NCBI GenBank assembly: GCA_963822965.1
Contig: CAWGJT010000012.1
Coordinates: 475,992-539,991 of the forward strand
From: an uncultured delta proteobacterium
GTDB lineage: Bacteria > Myxococcota_A > UBA9160 > UBA4427
Length of the DNA stretch: 64,000 nt
Direction: 5' to 3'
The translations under genes and the position numbers were made by a program. Every line of letters begins with the position of its first letter. Positions within the stretch are counted from its first letter, which is position 1. The notes below the pieces were generated by a model, which was given only the letters and a program-made list of their open reading frames with translations, did not search any database and had not been told where the DNA came from. Below are positions 42,544 to 52,895 of this stretch, piece by piece.

Positions 42544-44109
42544 TCACTCGAGCCCGGGCGGTGCCGACCCGTCCGCCTCGTCCCCCTCGTCCCCCTCGTC
42601 CGAACCGTCGAGATAGCCCAGCGCCCGGAGCGATTCGCGGGTGTCGTCGTCGAGGGTGGCCGGCTCGGGCGCTGCGAGCGCCTCCGCCCGCGCGCGCAGG
42701 CTCGCCATCCTCGCGCGCAGCTGCTCTTCCCGGGACCGGCAGAGCGCGGGCTCGCCGGGGCAGCGGTTGCGCCTCTCGCCGGGGTCGGTGACGAGGTCGT
42801 ACAGCTCCTGTCGGGGCGGCTGGCCCGGCGCGGCGGCGCCCTGGATGAACTTCCAGCCCGGCCCGCGGAGCGCGAGGTCGCCCCGGTGGAAGCTGGCTTC
42901 ACCGACGTACGCGGATTCGGCGGACGGGGCCGCTCCGCCGTCCCGCCACAGGGCGCGCAGGCTGCGGCCTTCGAGGCCCGGCGGCGCCTCGACCCCGAGC
43001 ACGTCGAGCAGGGTCGGCATCACGTCGACGAGACCCACCGTCGGCTCCACCACGCGCCCGCGCCCCTCCCCCGGCACGCGGATCACCAGCGGCACGTGCA
43101 GCATCTCCTCGTAGTACGAGAAGCTGTGCTCCAGGCGCCCGTGCTCGAGGAACTCCTCGCCGTGGTCGGCGGTGACGACGAGCACCGTGTCGTCCAGCAG
43201 TCGCCGATCCGCGAGCCCCCGCGCCAGCTCGCCGATCCAGTGATCCACGTAGGCGATGCCCCGGTCGTAGAGCGCGACCAGATGCTCCACGTCCCGGCGC
43301 GAGACGCGCGTGCCGGGGCGCGAGAGCGCCCGCAGGCTGGCGCGCGAGCCGTCGACCGGGCCGTCGTAGCCGGGGTCGAAGTCGTGCTGCAGGAAGCGAC
43401 CGCGCTCCTCGGCCACCGCCTCGCGGTAGTAGGACATGCGCGCCGGGTCGAGCTTGCGCTTCGCGCCCCGACGGATCTCGATGGGCGTGTAGGGCGCGTG
43501 CACCTCCTGCACGTGCAGGTACACGAAGAAGCGATCGGGCTTCGTCTCGTCGAGCCAGGCCAGCGCGTCCTCCAGGTCGAACCGGAGGCCGGGGGTCGCG
43601 TTCTCGCGATAGGTCCCGAAGCCCTGGGACATGCCGAAGACCGAGGTGGGATAGCTGCCCTGCACGGCCCCATACGTCGCGAAGCCCGCGTCCCGGAGCA
43701 CCTCGGCCAGGGTCACGCGCGAAGGATGCAGCTTCGAGAAGGCCCGGTACTGCTTCGGTCGGAAGTACCAGTCCAGGTCCTGCAGGTTGCTGGGCGAGTG
43801 GGCGCCGTGCACCGACGGATAGAGCGACGTCATCAGCGTGGCCAGCGAGGGAAGCGTCCAGGGTGCCGGGCTGGCGACGTCGCGAAACAGCACCGCATCC
43901 GCCGCCAGCGCGTCGAGCGAGGGGGACGTGGGCCGCGGGTAGCCGTAGACGCCGAGATGGTCCGCGCGCAGGGTGTCCACCACCACCAGCACCAGCCCGC
44001 GCGGCGGACCCGGACGGCCGTCGCAGCCGGGCCCGGCCGCGAGCAGCACCGCCAGCCCGAGACCGAATGCACCCCCGCGGGCCAGGAATCGCTTGGGGAG
44101 GGATCGCAT
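42544..44109 (-). CDS. Sulfatase-family hydrolase, exported
   Basis: VVVDTLRADHLG.YGY.RPTSP; TADHGEEF.EHG; VPLVI; ELYDLVTDPGE; LRALGY. Confidence 0.9.
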   Translation of the reverse strand: MRSLPKRFLARGGAFGLGLAVLLAAGPGCDGRPGPPRGLVLVVVDTLRADHLGVYGYPRPTSPSLDALAADAVLFRDVASPAPWTLPSLATLMTSLYPSVHGAHSPSNLQDLDWYFRPKQYRAFSKLHPSRVTLAEVLRDAGFATYGAVQGSYPTSVFGMSQGFGTYRENATPGLRFDLEDALAWLDETKPDRFFVYLHVQEVHAPYTPIEIRRGAKRKLDPARMSYYREAVAEERGRFLQHDFDPGYDGPVDGSRASLRALSRPGTRVSRRDVEHLVALYDRGIAYVDHWIGELARGLADRRLLDDTVLVVTADHGEEFLEHGRLEHSFSYYEEMLHVPLVIRVPGEGRGRVVEPTVGLVDVMPTLLDVLGVEAPPGLEGRSLRALWRDGGAAPSAESAYVGEASFHRGDLALRGPGWKFIQGAAAPGQPPRQELYDLVTDPGERRNRCPGEPALCRSREEQLRARMASLRARAEALAAPEPATLDDDTRESLRALGYLDGSDEGDEGDEADGSAPPGLE

Positions 44110-44157
44110 CCGAGGATCGCCGATCGTCCGAGTCCGGGGGGAGGAAGCGAGCAGAGG

Positions 44158-44234
44158 TGGCGCCCCGGGAGGGACTCGAACCCCCGACCCGCTGCTTAGA
44201 AGGCAGCCGCTCTTTCCGACTGAGCTACCGGAGC
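44158..44234 (-). tRNA. tRNA-Arg(UCU)
   Basis: Full cloverleaf, anticodon arm GCTGC-CTTCTAA-GCAGC, TTCGAGT T-loop, encoded CCA. Confidence 0.95.
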
Positions 44235-44300
44235 GCGCGGGGCAAGTTAGCAGGCCGCCGCGGTCGATCCGGGGGACGCCGGAGCCGGAAGGGGGCCTCG

Positions 44301-44329
44301 TTGACACCCCCATGGCCCGCGGATAGGTT
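44301..44329 (+). promoter_or_regulatory. Sigma70 promoter for tRNA-His
   Basis: TTGACA-N17-TAGGTT. Confidence 0.65.
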
Positions 44330-44394
44330 CCCCGGCCCGAATCCTGCCGCCCGCGGTAGCGACCGTACGCGGTCCGCGGCACTCGATTTCGAAT

Positions 44395-44471
44395 GGTGGG
44401 CGTAGCTCAGTCGGTAGAGCACAGGGTTGTGGTCCCTGTGGTCGCGGGTTCGAGTCCCGTCGCCCACCCCA
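44395..44471 (+). tRNA. tRNA-His(GUG)
   Basis: Cloverleaf with G-1/C73, anticodon arm CAGGG-TTGTGGT-CCCTG, encoded CCA. Confidence 0.95.
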
Positions 44472-44696
44472 TTCGACCTTCCTCCCGCTTCCCCGTGAAT
44501 CCCCGTGGATCGAGCCGGACGGTGCGAGCGCGTCCCCAGGGGCTCCATTTTTCTTGCCGCTTCCTCGGCGGCTCCGCGTAAGCTGGTCTTCGAATCGGTG
44601 TGCCGCGCCCGGGTGTCGAACCTTGCGGGTGGCGCGCAGCGAGCCCCGAGCCGGGAAGAGCTGGAAGTCGCTGGAGAGAGCGGGGAGACGACACGA

Positions 44697-45326
44697 GTGG
44701 GGATCGGATCGGCGCGGCGGCTGTGGACGCGGCGAAGCGCGCGGAGCCCGTCGGACGCCGAGCTGGAGCGCCTGTGGCTCGAGGGAGACGTCGAGACGGC
44801 GTGCGGCATCGCCCACCGCCGGTATGCGGCTCGCCTCGAGAGCGTGGCGCAGCGCATCCTGGGCAACCACGCCGACGCCCAGGACGTCGTCCAGAAGATC
44901 TTTCTGGGGCTGCGCCGCTCGGGCTACGAGGGCCGCTCGAGCCTGTGGACCTACCTGTACCGGTCGGCCATCAACGGATCGGTGAACGTGCTTCGCTCCC
45001 AACGGCGGCGGGAGGCCGCGGAGCGAAACCTGCTCGAGCAGAAGCTCCTCTACGGATCGGAGGGCTCGGCGCGGGTGGCCGGGCCCGAGTCCAAGGTGCT
45101 CGAGGGGGAGATCCTGGCAGCCGTCGCGAAGGCGCTGCTGCAGGTCAGGCCCCAGCACCGCCGCGTGCTCGTGCTGCGGATCGTCCACGGCATGACCAAC
45201 GCCGAGATCGCCGACCTGGAGGACCTGCCGGCTGCCACCGTCGGCACCTGGCTGCGCCGGGGACGCGAGGAGCTGCAGCAGGGGATGCGTCCCATGCTGC
45301 AGGAGCTGGGGAGGACGCCCCGATGA
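44697..45326 (+). CDS. ECF RNA polymerase sigma factor
   Basis: DAQDVVQKIF; SSLWTYLYR; region 4 EIA......TVGTWLRRGR; start codon uncertain. Confidence 0.88.
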   Translation: MGIGSARRLWTRRSARSPSDAELERLWLEGDVETACGIAHRRYAARLESVAQRILGNHADAQDVVQKIFLGLRRSGYEGRSSLWTYLYRSAINGSVNVLRSQRRREAAERNLLEQKLLYGSEGSARVAGPESKVLEGEILAAVAKALLQVRPQHRRVLVLRIVHGMTNAEIADLEDLPAATVGTWLRRGREELQQGMRPMLQELGRTPR

Positions 45327-45754
45327 TGCACTGGAAGGCTTCGCGGCTGCTGGCCGCGCTTCCCGACGACAGCCTGCCGCCCGGGACCGCCGTGGAGGTG
45401 CGGGCCCATGCGCTCTCGTGTGCACGATGCCGCACGCGCCTGTACGAGCTTCAGCTCTCCGAGGCGCTCCTGCGCCGGATTCCGCCCGCCATCGTCCCCA
45501 TCGACGACACCCCGAACGCCTACGCCCGGCTGGCGGCCCTGGCGCGCTGGAGCGAAGACAGGCTCTGGCAGCCGCACCCCCAGGGATGGCGGGTCTCCCT
45601 GGTGAGCGTCGCGAGCGCCCTGGTGCTGCTCTGCGTGGCGGCTTCCGCCGGCTCGTGGGCCCCATCGGTGCGGCCGGGCGTCGCCCCCATCATGACGATC
45701 CAATCGTTCCCGCCGGACTATGCCTTCGTCTCCAGCCACGGACGCTTCCGCTGA
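45323..45754 (+). CDS. Zinc-finger (HxxxCxxC) anti-sigma factor
   Basis: HALSCARC motif, one TM helix, ATGA overlap with the sigma gene. Confidence 0.82.
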   Translation: MMHWKASRLLAALPDDSLPPGTAVEVRAHALSCARCRTRLYELQLSEALLRRIPPAIVPIDDTPNAYARLAALARWSEDRLWQPHPQGWRVSLVSVASALVLLCVAASAGSWAPSVRPGVAPIMTIQSFPPDYAFVSSHGRFR

Positions 45755-45959
45755 GGGGCGGGCGGCCGAGGCTCGGACGGCCCCCTGGGCGGGCCCGGAC
45801 CTCCCGCGGGTAGCCCCCGAGCCCGGCTCGGCGATCCGCTCGGGCCCCCTGCGAGCCCGGGACAGCAGACTCGACGGACGCCGGGATTTACCTCGCTCCG
45901 GGTCGCCTTGGCGCTAACATTTGCGCCTCGTTCGCTGTACTGCGTGACAGGTGCCCCCC

Positions 45960-46205
45960 ATGAATCGAATCCGTGCTGCACGGCAGGCCCTCGGCTGGAC
46001 CCAGAACGATCTCGCCCAGAAGGCGGGGGTCTCGACGCGCACCATCCATGCCATCGAGAAGGGTCGGCCGTGCCGACAGGCCACCAAGCGCCACATCCTG
46101 AACGCGCTCGGCGTTCCCTGGGAGCATCGGGCCGACTACTTCGCCACGGCGCGCCCGGTCCGCCGCGAGCATCCCGCCGCCAGGGAAGAGGCGCGTCGCG
46201 CGTAA
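45960..46205 (+). CDS. XRE-family HTH regulator
   Basis: IRAARQALGWTQNDLAQKAGVSTRTIHAIEKG. Confidence 0.88.
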   Translation: MNRIRAARQALGWTQNDLAQKAGVSTRTIHAIEKGRPCRQATKRHILNALGVPWEHRADYFATARPVRREHPAAREEARRA

Positions 46206-46257
46206 CGGGCGGGACCCCGGGTGGTCGCGGCCGGCGCGTGCGCCTCGAGAGCCGACG

Positions 46258-47554
46258 CTACGACGACGCCCCGTCGATCCAGGCCCGCAGCTCGCAAGCG
46301 CGACCCATCGCCTCGCGTGCACTGCGATCCATGAACTCCGTCAGCAGTCGGCACGCCTCCTCGGCGTCTCCGGTGACCGCCGCGAGACGCGCGGAGGACT
46401 CCACCGCACAGCGCTCGAGGTCGAGCTTCTCCTCGAGCGCGCGCCACTCGCGACGCAGCGCCGGCGTGAAGCGCGCGAAGTCGCGCGAGGCCGATTCCTG
46501 CAGCTCGTGGAACGCCCACCAGGCCGAATCGGCCTCGGGCGTCGCGCCGTCCCGCGCGAGCACGTCGGGGATGACGCCGGCGATGTAGACGGGAAGGAAG
46601 ATGCCCGTGCACGGGGTCGCGAAGGAGACCCATACGGGCCACGCGTTGGTGCGATCGACCGGAAGCGGTGCGACCAGGCTCGCGGTGGTGGTCCCGACGG
46701 GCTCGCTGTGCATGCACAGCGTGAAGAAGCGCTCGTCGTCGGGCGTGGCGCCGGCGGGCGGCGCGTCGCCGCCGTCGAGATGGTCGCGCAGCACGCGCTG
46801 CAGGTAGACGATCGTCGATCTCGCCGCGCGCCGGCCGACGAGCAGCTCGCGCGAACGCCGCAGGCGCCCCTCGGAGATGCGTCCGGGCACCTGGGGATGC
46901 CGGTAGCAGCCGGCCACGTCGACCCGCCCCTTCTCGTCCCACCAGCCCTGGCGCCGCGCGAAGGAATCGAGATCGCGCGAGCCGATGCGCCAGTCGCTTC
47001 CGAGCGTCAAGTGGTTGCTGAGCGCCTCGAGCTCGACACAGCGGGCCGCCCAGCGCCGGCCGGACGTCTCGAGAACCCAGGCCGCCTCGGGGTCGGCGAT
47101 CATGAAGCTGTTGTGGTAGCCCGAGGCGTCCGGGGCGAGGGCGGGGCCGCCCTGGCCGTGGGTCTCGAGCAGCGAGGCGATCACCTCGAACGACTCGCGC
47201 GCGCTGCGTCCGCGCTCGAGCCCGAGCCGAACGAGATCCATGCCGATCAGCCCCGGCGCCTCCTCGACGGGCTCCTTGGAGAAGACCGTCTGGTTGCCGA
47301 TGGCGACCCCGTGCTCGTTGACGCCGTGCTCGAAGCCCCAGACCCACCAGGGCGAGTGGCCCATCACGCGATAGGTCTCGGCCACCTGGGGAATCGACAC
47401 GTGCGTGCACGCCACCGACGCGCCGCGCGGGTGCACGGCCGCCGCGAAACTGCAGCAGCGGCTGGCACTCGCCCCGCTTGCGGTCGCTGTTCTTGGCGAA
47501 CAGGGTCGTGCCGGCTCGTGTGTGGGCGGCGGTGGCCACCAGCGAATCGCACAT
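46258..47554 (-). CDS. Peptidase C69/secernin-like Ntn hydrolase; one +1 frameshift near 47446
   Basis: MCDSLV...FAKNSDR; WGFEHGVNEHGVAIGN; GMDLVRLGLER; CMH. Confidence 0.88.
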
Positions 47555-47740
47555 CGAGCCGAGGGTATCAGACCCGCCAGGCACTCGTGCCGGCCTTTCG
47601 ACGCCGTACGCCCGCACCCGGCGAGGCATCCCGGCGACCGCTACCCTCCCGCGCCGGCTCCCGCCGGCCCTCGATCCCCAACAGACATAGAGCAGAAAGC
47701 CCAACAGACAAGAGCAGAGAGAGAGAGAGTCCCGCCCAGC

Positions 47741-48532
47741 ATGGATCAGAACCCGTTGGATCTGACGCACGTATTCGATCTCGAGCCCCATGGGCCCGAC
47801 ACCTACGTGGGTGAGAGCCCCATCTACTCGTGGGGTCGCATCTACGGCGGCCTGGTGATCGCCCAGGCCCTGTGGGCCGCCACGCAGACCGTTCGGCCCG
47901 AGTATGCGGTCCATTCGCTGCACGCCTACTTCATCCTGGGCGGTGAGCACGGCGAGCCGGTTCGCTACGAGGTGGACCGGGTGCGCAACGGGCGCTCCTT
48001 CACGACGCGGCGGGTGCTCGCACGCCAGAGTGCCGGCGCCATCCTCACCCTCGCCTGCTCGTTCCAGGTGACCGAGAGCGGACCGGAGACCCAGTCCGCC
48101 GAGCTCGAGAAGGGCCTGCCCGCGCCGGACGACCTCACACCCTACTGGGACGCGGGCGCCGAGTGCTGCGAGGTACCGACCCCGGCCGCACCGCCCCGCT
48201 CCATGGTGTGGGCGCGCTTCCCGCACCGGCTCGGCGACGATCCGCGGCTGCAGGCCTGCGGGCTCGCCTATCTGTCGGACGTGAACCCGATGGGCGCGGT
48301 GCACCGCTCGCACCCCGACGACAGTGAGGAGCTGATGGGGGCGAGCCTCGATCACGCCATGTGGTTCCACCGTCCGGCGCGCGCCGACGACTGGGTGCTG
48401 CTCGACATGACCGGGCACGGCATGATCGGAAGCCGCGGCCTCGCGACGGGCCCGGTCTTCCACCCGGACGGCACCCACGTGGCCACCATCGCCCAGGAGG
48501 GCCTCTTGCGTGTGAAGCGCAAGAAGGTCTGA
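47741..48532 (+). CDS. tesB: Acyl-CoA thioesterase II
   Basis: YGGLVIAQAL; HSLHAYF; RNGRSFTTRRV; SLDHAMWFH; AQEGL. Confidence 0.88.
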   Translation: MDQNPLDLTHVFDLEPHGPDTYVGESPIYSWGRIYGGLVIAQALWAATQTVRPEYAVHSLHAYFILGGEHGEPVRYEVDRVRNGRSFTTRRVLARQSAGAILTLACSFQVTESGPETQSAELEKGLPAPDDLTPYWDAGAECCEVPTPAAPPRSMVWARFPHRLGDDPRLQACGLAYLSDVNPMGAVHRSHPDDSEELMGASLDHAMWFHRPARADDWVLLDMTGHGMIGSRGLATGPVFHPDGTHVATIAQEGLLRVKRKKV

Positions 48533-48639
48533 ACGCACGCCTGCGCGGCCGGTTGCGGATCCAGCTGCCGGATGGCTGCCGATGCGGTGAGCCTACGGGA
48601 TTCAAGCCCCACTCGTAGCGACCCGATGTGTAATGCGAG

Positions 48640-49359
48640 ATGGATCACACTCGCACACACGAGGGCTTCGAGCGCGGCGGTCGGACTTCGGCCGCCCTGC
48701 GCGCCGCTCTCGTCGCGTTGCTGCTCCTGCTCGCGCCGTCGGTCGCCCGGCCGCTGATAATCACCGAGGTGATGTTCAACCCGAACCAGTTCGGCTCCGA
48801 CGACGGCCTCGAGTGGGTGGAGCTGTACAACGACGGCAGCGCGACGATCGACCTCGCCGACTACAGCCTGGGCTGGGGCGGCGCCGACTACACGACGGGC
48901 ACCCTCGATCTCGATCCCCTCAGCCTGGTGGCTCCGGGCAGCCTGCTGGACCCGGGCGCCTACTTCGTGATCGGCGGTCCCTCGAGCCCGCTCGACTTCA
49001 ATCCCGACCTCGAGGACGGCTTCATCTTCGCCGACGGCGTCGCGCTCTTCGACGTACCCGCCGCCTCCATCGGCGGCGCCACGCCCATCGACGCCCTGAT
49101 CTACGCCACCGGGTTCGGGTTCAACATCAACGGCCTGATCGACGAGACCGGCACCGCCGGCGCCGTGGACGCCACCATCGGCGCAGCGGGCCAGACGGCG
49201 GCACGGGACGCGAGCGGCAACTGGACCACCTCGACCACGCCCACGCCGGGCAGCGGGCCCCTGCCCCCGCCGTCCGTCCCCGAGCCCTCGACCGGGCTGC
49301 TGATCGGCCTCGGCCTGCTGGCCCTCGCCGGGCGCCGAGCCTCCCAGGCCGCCGCCTGA
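48640..49359 (+). CDS. Lamin-tail-domain PEP-CTERM surface protein
   Basis: Signal peptide; IITEVMFNP...EWVELYN; TPG; C-terminus VPEPSTGLLIGLGLLALAGRR. Confidence 0.9.
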   Translation: MDHTRTHEGFERGGRTSAALRAALVALLLLLAPSVARPLIITEVMFNPNQFGSDDGLEWVELYNDGSATIDLADYSLGWGGADYTTGTLDLDPLSLVAPGSLLDPGAYFVIGGPSSPLDFNPDLEDGFIFADGVALFDVPAASIGGATPIDALIYATGFGFNINGLIDETGTAGAVDATIGAAGQTAARDASGNWTTSTTPTPGSGPLPPPSVPEPSTGLLIGLGLLALAGRRASQAAA

Positions 49360-49491
49360 TTCCACGCCTCGATCCGCACCCATCGAAGAGCCGCGCATGG
49401 GAGCCAGGGGCGCTCCGCCCCACGCCTGGGGCGCGCACGACCGCCCCACGGCCCCCGGCCCGCGCAGCCGCCCACGCCACCCCGTAGCCCG

Positions 49492-49507
49492 CGGCATGGC
49501 GATTGCA
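49492..49507 (+). promoter_or_regulatory. Sigma54 promoter of the dehydrogenase-oxidoreductase operon
   Basis: CGGCATGGCGATTGCA with GG-N10-GC spacing. Confidence 0.6.
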
Positions 49508-49583
49508 CCGGGTCTTCATGACGCCTGCGGTCCGAATCGACAGGAACAGCCAGGCGAGGCCGGGCATACGAGGGGGCAAGCTG

Positions 49584-50693
49584 TTGGACGACGCGTTCCG
49601 ATTCGCCGACGACCTGGGTCCCGCGCGCGTGATCCACGTCCATGAGCCCGCCGTCGGGCTTCGCTGCACCCTGGTGGTGGACAACGTGGCCCTGGGTGTG
49701 TCCATCGGGGGCCTGCGCATGGCGCCCGACGTGACCACCGAGGAGTGCTTTCGGCTGGCGCGCTCCATGACGTTCAAGAACGCAGCCGCCGGACTGCCCC
49801 ACGGCGGCGGCAAGTCGGTGCTCTACGGCGACCCGAAGATGCCCGTCGAGGAGAAGGAGCGCCTGGTGCGCGCCATGGCCTGCGCGCTCGGCGACTGCCG
49901 CGACTACGTCTTCGGCCCCGACATGGGCACCGACGAGACCTGCATGGCCTGGGTGCGCGACGAGATCGGCCGCAGCGTCGGACTGCCGCGCGAGATCGGC
50001 GGCATTCCGCTCGACGAGATCGGTGCCACGGGCTGGGGGCTGGCCGCCGCCGCCGAGGTGGCCGCGGCGGATCGAGACGTCCCGCTCGCCGGCGCCAGGG
50101 TCGTCGTCCAGGGGTTCGGCTCCGTGGGCATCCACGCCGCGCGCTTCCTGGCCGCACGCGGAGCGCGCATCGTCGCCGTGGCGGACTCCCGCGGTGCCGT
50201 CGAGGACGAGCAGGGCCTCGACGTCGAGGCCCTGGCCGCGCTCAAGCGCGCGGGCAAGAGCGTGGGCGACCACGGTGCGGGTCGCGTGATCGACGCGGAG
50301 GCGCTCGTCGCGGTGCCCTGCGAGATCTGGATTCCGGCCGCCCGTCCGGACGTCATCCACGAGGGCAACGTCGACCGCCTCGACGCCAAGCTGGTGGTGC
50401 CGGGCGCGAACATCCCGATGACGGCGGGCGCCGAGCGCCGGCTCCACGACCGGGGCGTGCTGTGCGTGCCCGACTTCATCGCCAACGCCGGCGGCGTCAT
50501 CTGCGCCGCCATGGAGCTGGCGGGCTCGAGCCAGAAGGTCGCCATGGAGACCATCGAGGACAAGGTGCGCCACAACACCGAGGAGGTGCTGCGGCGGACG
50601 CGCGAGGATGGTGTGATGCCGCGGGAAGCCGCCATCGCCCTGGCGCGGTCTCGCATCGAGAAGGCTCGACGCTATCGGCGCTGGGCGCACTGA
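49584..50693 (+). CDS. Glu/Leu/Phe/Val dehydrogenase
   Basis: GGLR; GGGKS; GPDMGT; QGFGSVG; PDFIANAGGV; start codon uncertain. Confidence 0.92.
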   Translation: MDDAFRFADDLGPARVIHVHEPAVGLRCTLVVDNVALGVSIGGLRMAPDVTTEECFRLARSMTFKNAAAGLPHGGGKSVLYGDPKMPVEEKERLVRAMACALGDCRDYVFGPDMGTDETCMAWVRDEIGRSVGLPREIGGIPLDEIGATGWGLAAAAEVAAADRDVPLAGARVVVQGFGSVGIHAARFLAARGARIVAVADSRGAVEDEQGLDVEALAALKRAGKSVGDHGAGRVIDAEALVAVPCEIWIPAARPDVIHEGNVDRLDAKLVVPGANIPMTAGAERRLHDRGVLCVPDFIANAGGVICAAMELAGSSQKVAMETIEDKVRHNTEEVLRRTREDGVMPREAAIALARSRIEKARRYRRWAH

Positions 50694-50703
50694 GGAGCAC
50701 ACG

Positions 50704-51639
50704 GTGTACCGCATCCGCCTCCACGGTCGCGGCGGCCAGGGCATGAAGACGGCCGGGCGCGTGCTCGGGTCGGCGTTCTTCGCGGAAGGCTTCGAGGTGC
50801 AGGATGCGCCGCGCTACGGCGCCGAGCGCCGAGGCGCGCCCATCTTCGCGATGGTGCGCGCCTCGCGCCGCCCCATCCACGAGCGCGGTCCGATCCGGGC
50901 GCCCGATCTCGTCCTGGTGGCGGACGACACGCTGCTCACCGTGGCGGCGGCGGGCGTGCTCCAGGGCTTCGGCCCGCACACGGTGCTGGTCCTCGCCAGC
51001 CACACGAGCCCGGAGGCGTGGCGCGAGCGCCTGCGCCTCGAAGGCCCGATCTTCGTGCTCGCCGCCGGCGGCGAAGCGGAAGGCGAAGCGGAAGAGACCG
51101 GCGTCGGGCGCTTCGTGGGAAGCGCCGAGGCCGCCACCGCCGCGCGTCTGACCGGCGCCGTGCGCTGGCCGTCCCTCGAGCAGGCCCTGCGCGAAGAGCT
51201 CGCGGCCTTCGGCGAGGCGGTCGTCCTCGACAACGTGCGCTCGGCACGGGCGGCCTGGGACCGGTTCGCGCCCTACGAGGGCTGCGTCCACGAGGGTCCC
51301 GAGGCGGAGCTTCCGGCGGCGGGGCCGGACTGGGTGGACCTGCCCTTCGAGCCCGCGAGCATCTCCGCCCCGGACATCCACGCGGGCGTGACCAGCGTCG
51401 AGGTGCGGACGGGGCTGTGGCGCACCATGCGGCCCGTCATCGATCACGACCGCTGTCACCGCTGCGCCTGGATCTGCAGCACCTTCTGCCCGGACGGCGC
51501 CATCGACGTCGATGCCGAGGGCGCGCCCCGCATCGACTACGACCACTGCAAGGGCTGCCTGGTGTGCGTGGCCGTGTGCCCGCCCCACGCCATCCGCGCC
51601 GTGCCCGAGAGCGAAGCGGCGGCCCAGGAGACCGCATGA
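50704..51639 (+). CDS. 2-oxoacid:ferredoxin oxidoreductase, fused gamma-delta subunit
   Basis: RLHGRGGQG; YGAERRGAP; TGLWR..RP; two CxxCxxCxxxCP 4Fe-4S motifs. Confidence 0.92.
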   Translation: MYRIRLHGRGGQGMKTAGRVLGSAFFAEGFEVQDAPRYGAERRGAPIFAMVRASRRPIHERGPIRAPDLVLVADDTLLTVAAAGVLQGFGPHTVLVLASHTSPEAWRERLRLEGPIFVLAAGGEAEGEAEETGVGRFVGSAEAATAARLTGAVRWPSLEQALREELAAFGEAVVLDNVRSARAAWDRFAPYEGCVHEGPEAELPAAGPDWVDLPFEPASISAPDIHAGVTSVEVRTGLWRTMRPVIDHDRCHRCAWICSTFCPDGAIDVDAEGAPRIDYDHCKGCLVCVAVCPPHAIRAVPESEAAAQETA

Positions 51640-52895
51640 GCGACCGACGCCTTCTCACCGGCAATGCGGCGGCGGCCTGGGGGGCGCGCCTGGCCGGGAT
51701 CGACTACGTGCCCGCGTTCCCGATCACCCCCCAGACCGAGATCATCGAGACCCTCGGACGCTGGATCGAGGCGGGGGAGCTCGACGCCCGCATGGTCACC
51801 CTGGACTCCGAGCACTCGATGATCACGGCGGCCGGTGCCGCCGCCGCCACCGGCGTCCGGGTGTTCACGGCGACCTCGAGCCAGGGGCTGCTCTACGGAA
51901 TGGAGATGCTCTTCACCGTGGCCGGCTGGCGGGCTCCCTTCGTGCTGGTGAACGTCTCGCGTGGTCTGTCGTCTCCCATCACCCTCGAGCCGGATCACAA
52001 CGACGTGCTGGCCGCGCGCGACGCCGGCTTCCTGCAGATCCACTGCGCGACCGTCCAGGAGGTGCTCGACAGCGTGATCCTCGCCTACCGGCTCGCCGAG
52101 GATCCGCGCGTCCGGCTGCCCGCCATCGTGAACCTCGACGGCTTCCACCTCTCGTTCACGCGCGAGCCCGCGGAGATTCCGGACGCCGGCGCGGTGGCCG
52201 ACTTCGTCGGCCCCTTCGATCCCCGGGGCATCGAGTTCCGGGCGAGCCACCCGGTGAGCCAGGCGGTGGCGGTGCTGGGCGGCAGCCCGTACTCGTACTT
52301 CCGCTACGAGATGCAGCGCGCGGCCGAGAACGCGGGCCCGGTCTACGACGAGATCGCCGGGCGCTTCGCCGAGCTCTTCGGCCGGCATCACGAGAGCGTC
52401 GAGTGCTACCGCAGCGAGGACGCCGAGGTGGTGTTCGTGATGCTGGGCTCCTTCGCCACCAAGGCGATGTCCGCCGTGGACCAGATGCGCGAGCAGGGCC
52501 GCAAGGTGGGGCTGGTGCGGCCGCGCCTGCTGCGCCCCCTGCCCGTCCCGGCCCTGTCCCGCGCGTTGGCCGGCAAGCGCGCGGCGGCGGTGGTCGACCA
52601 GAACCTCTCCATCGGCGGCGGCGGCATCCTGCACGCGGAGCTGGCGGGCGCGCTCTACGGGCAGCCGGGCGCACCGCCCGTGCTGGCCAGCTTCGTGGGC
52701 GGGCTCGGGGGACGCGACATCCGAGCCGAGGAGTTCTTCGAGATGGCGGCCGAGGCCGAGCGCGCCGCCGACCGCGGCGTGCAGCCGCCCATGCGGCTGC
52801 TGTACACCGGCGAGGAGCTGCGCGAGCTCCGCAAGCTGCAGGGCATCGCCCTGGCGGAGCGGGCCGAGCTCGGCCGGGGCGGAGGATGGGCATGA
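51636..52895 (+). CDS. porA: 2-oxoacid (pyruvate-type):ferredoxin oxidoreductase alpha subunit
   Basis: TGNAAAA; FPITPQT; SEHS; TATSSQGL; GLGGRD. Confidence 0.9.
   Translation: MSDRRLLTGNAAAAWGARLAGIDYVPAFPITPQTEIIETLGRWIEAGELDARMVTLDSEHSMITAAGAAAATGVRVFTATSSQGLLYGMEMLFTVAGWRAPFVLVNVSRGLSSPITLEPDHNDVLAARDAGFLQIHCATVQEVLDSVILAYRLAEDPRVRLPAIVNLDGFHLSFTREPAEIPDAGAVADFVGPFDPRGIEFRASHPVSQAVAVLGGSPYSYFRYEMQRAAENAGPVYDEIAGRFAELFGRHHESVECYRSEDAEVVFVMLGSFATKAMSAVDQMREQGRKVGLVRPRLLRPLPVPALSRALAGKRAAAVVDQNLSIGGGGILHAELAGALYGQPGAPPVLASFVGGLGGRDIRAEEFFEMAAEAERAADRGVQPPMRLLYTGEELRELRKLQGIALAERAELGRGGGWA

Noticed and set aside
45908..45924. Sigma54-like motif TTGGCGC...TTGC upstream of the XRE gene
   Set aside because: GG-to-GC spacing is 11 rather than the required 10
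47716..47729. (AG)7 microsatellite upstream of tesB as a phase-variation tract
   Set aside because: Short, intergenic and possibly just a purine-rich RBS region; no evidence of variation
48533..48639. Possible riboswitch upstream of the PEP-CTERM gene
   Set aside because: I could not match the conserved core of any riboswitch class by eye; an Infernal/Rfam scan would be needed
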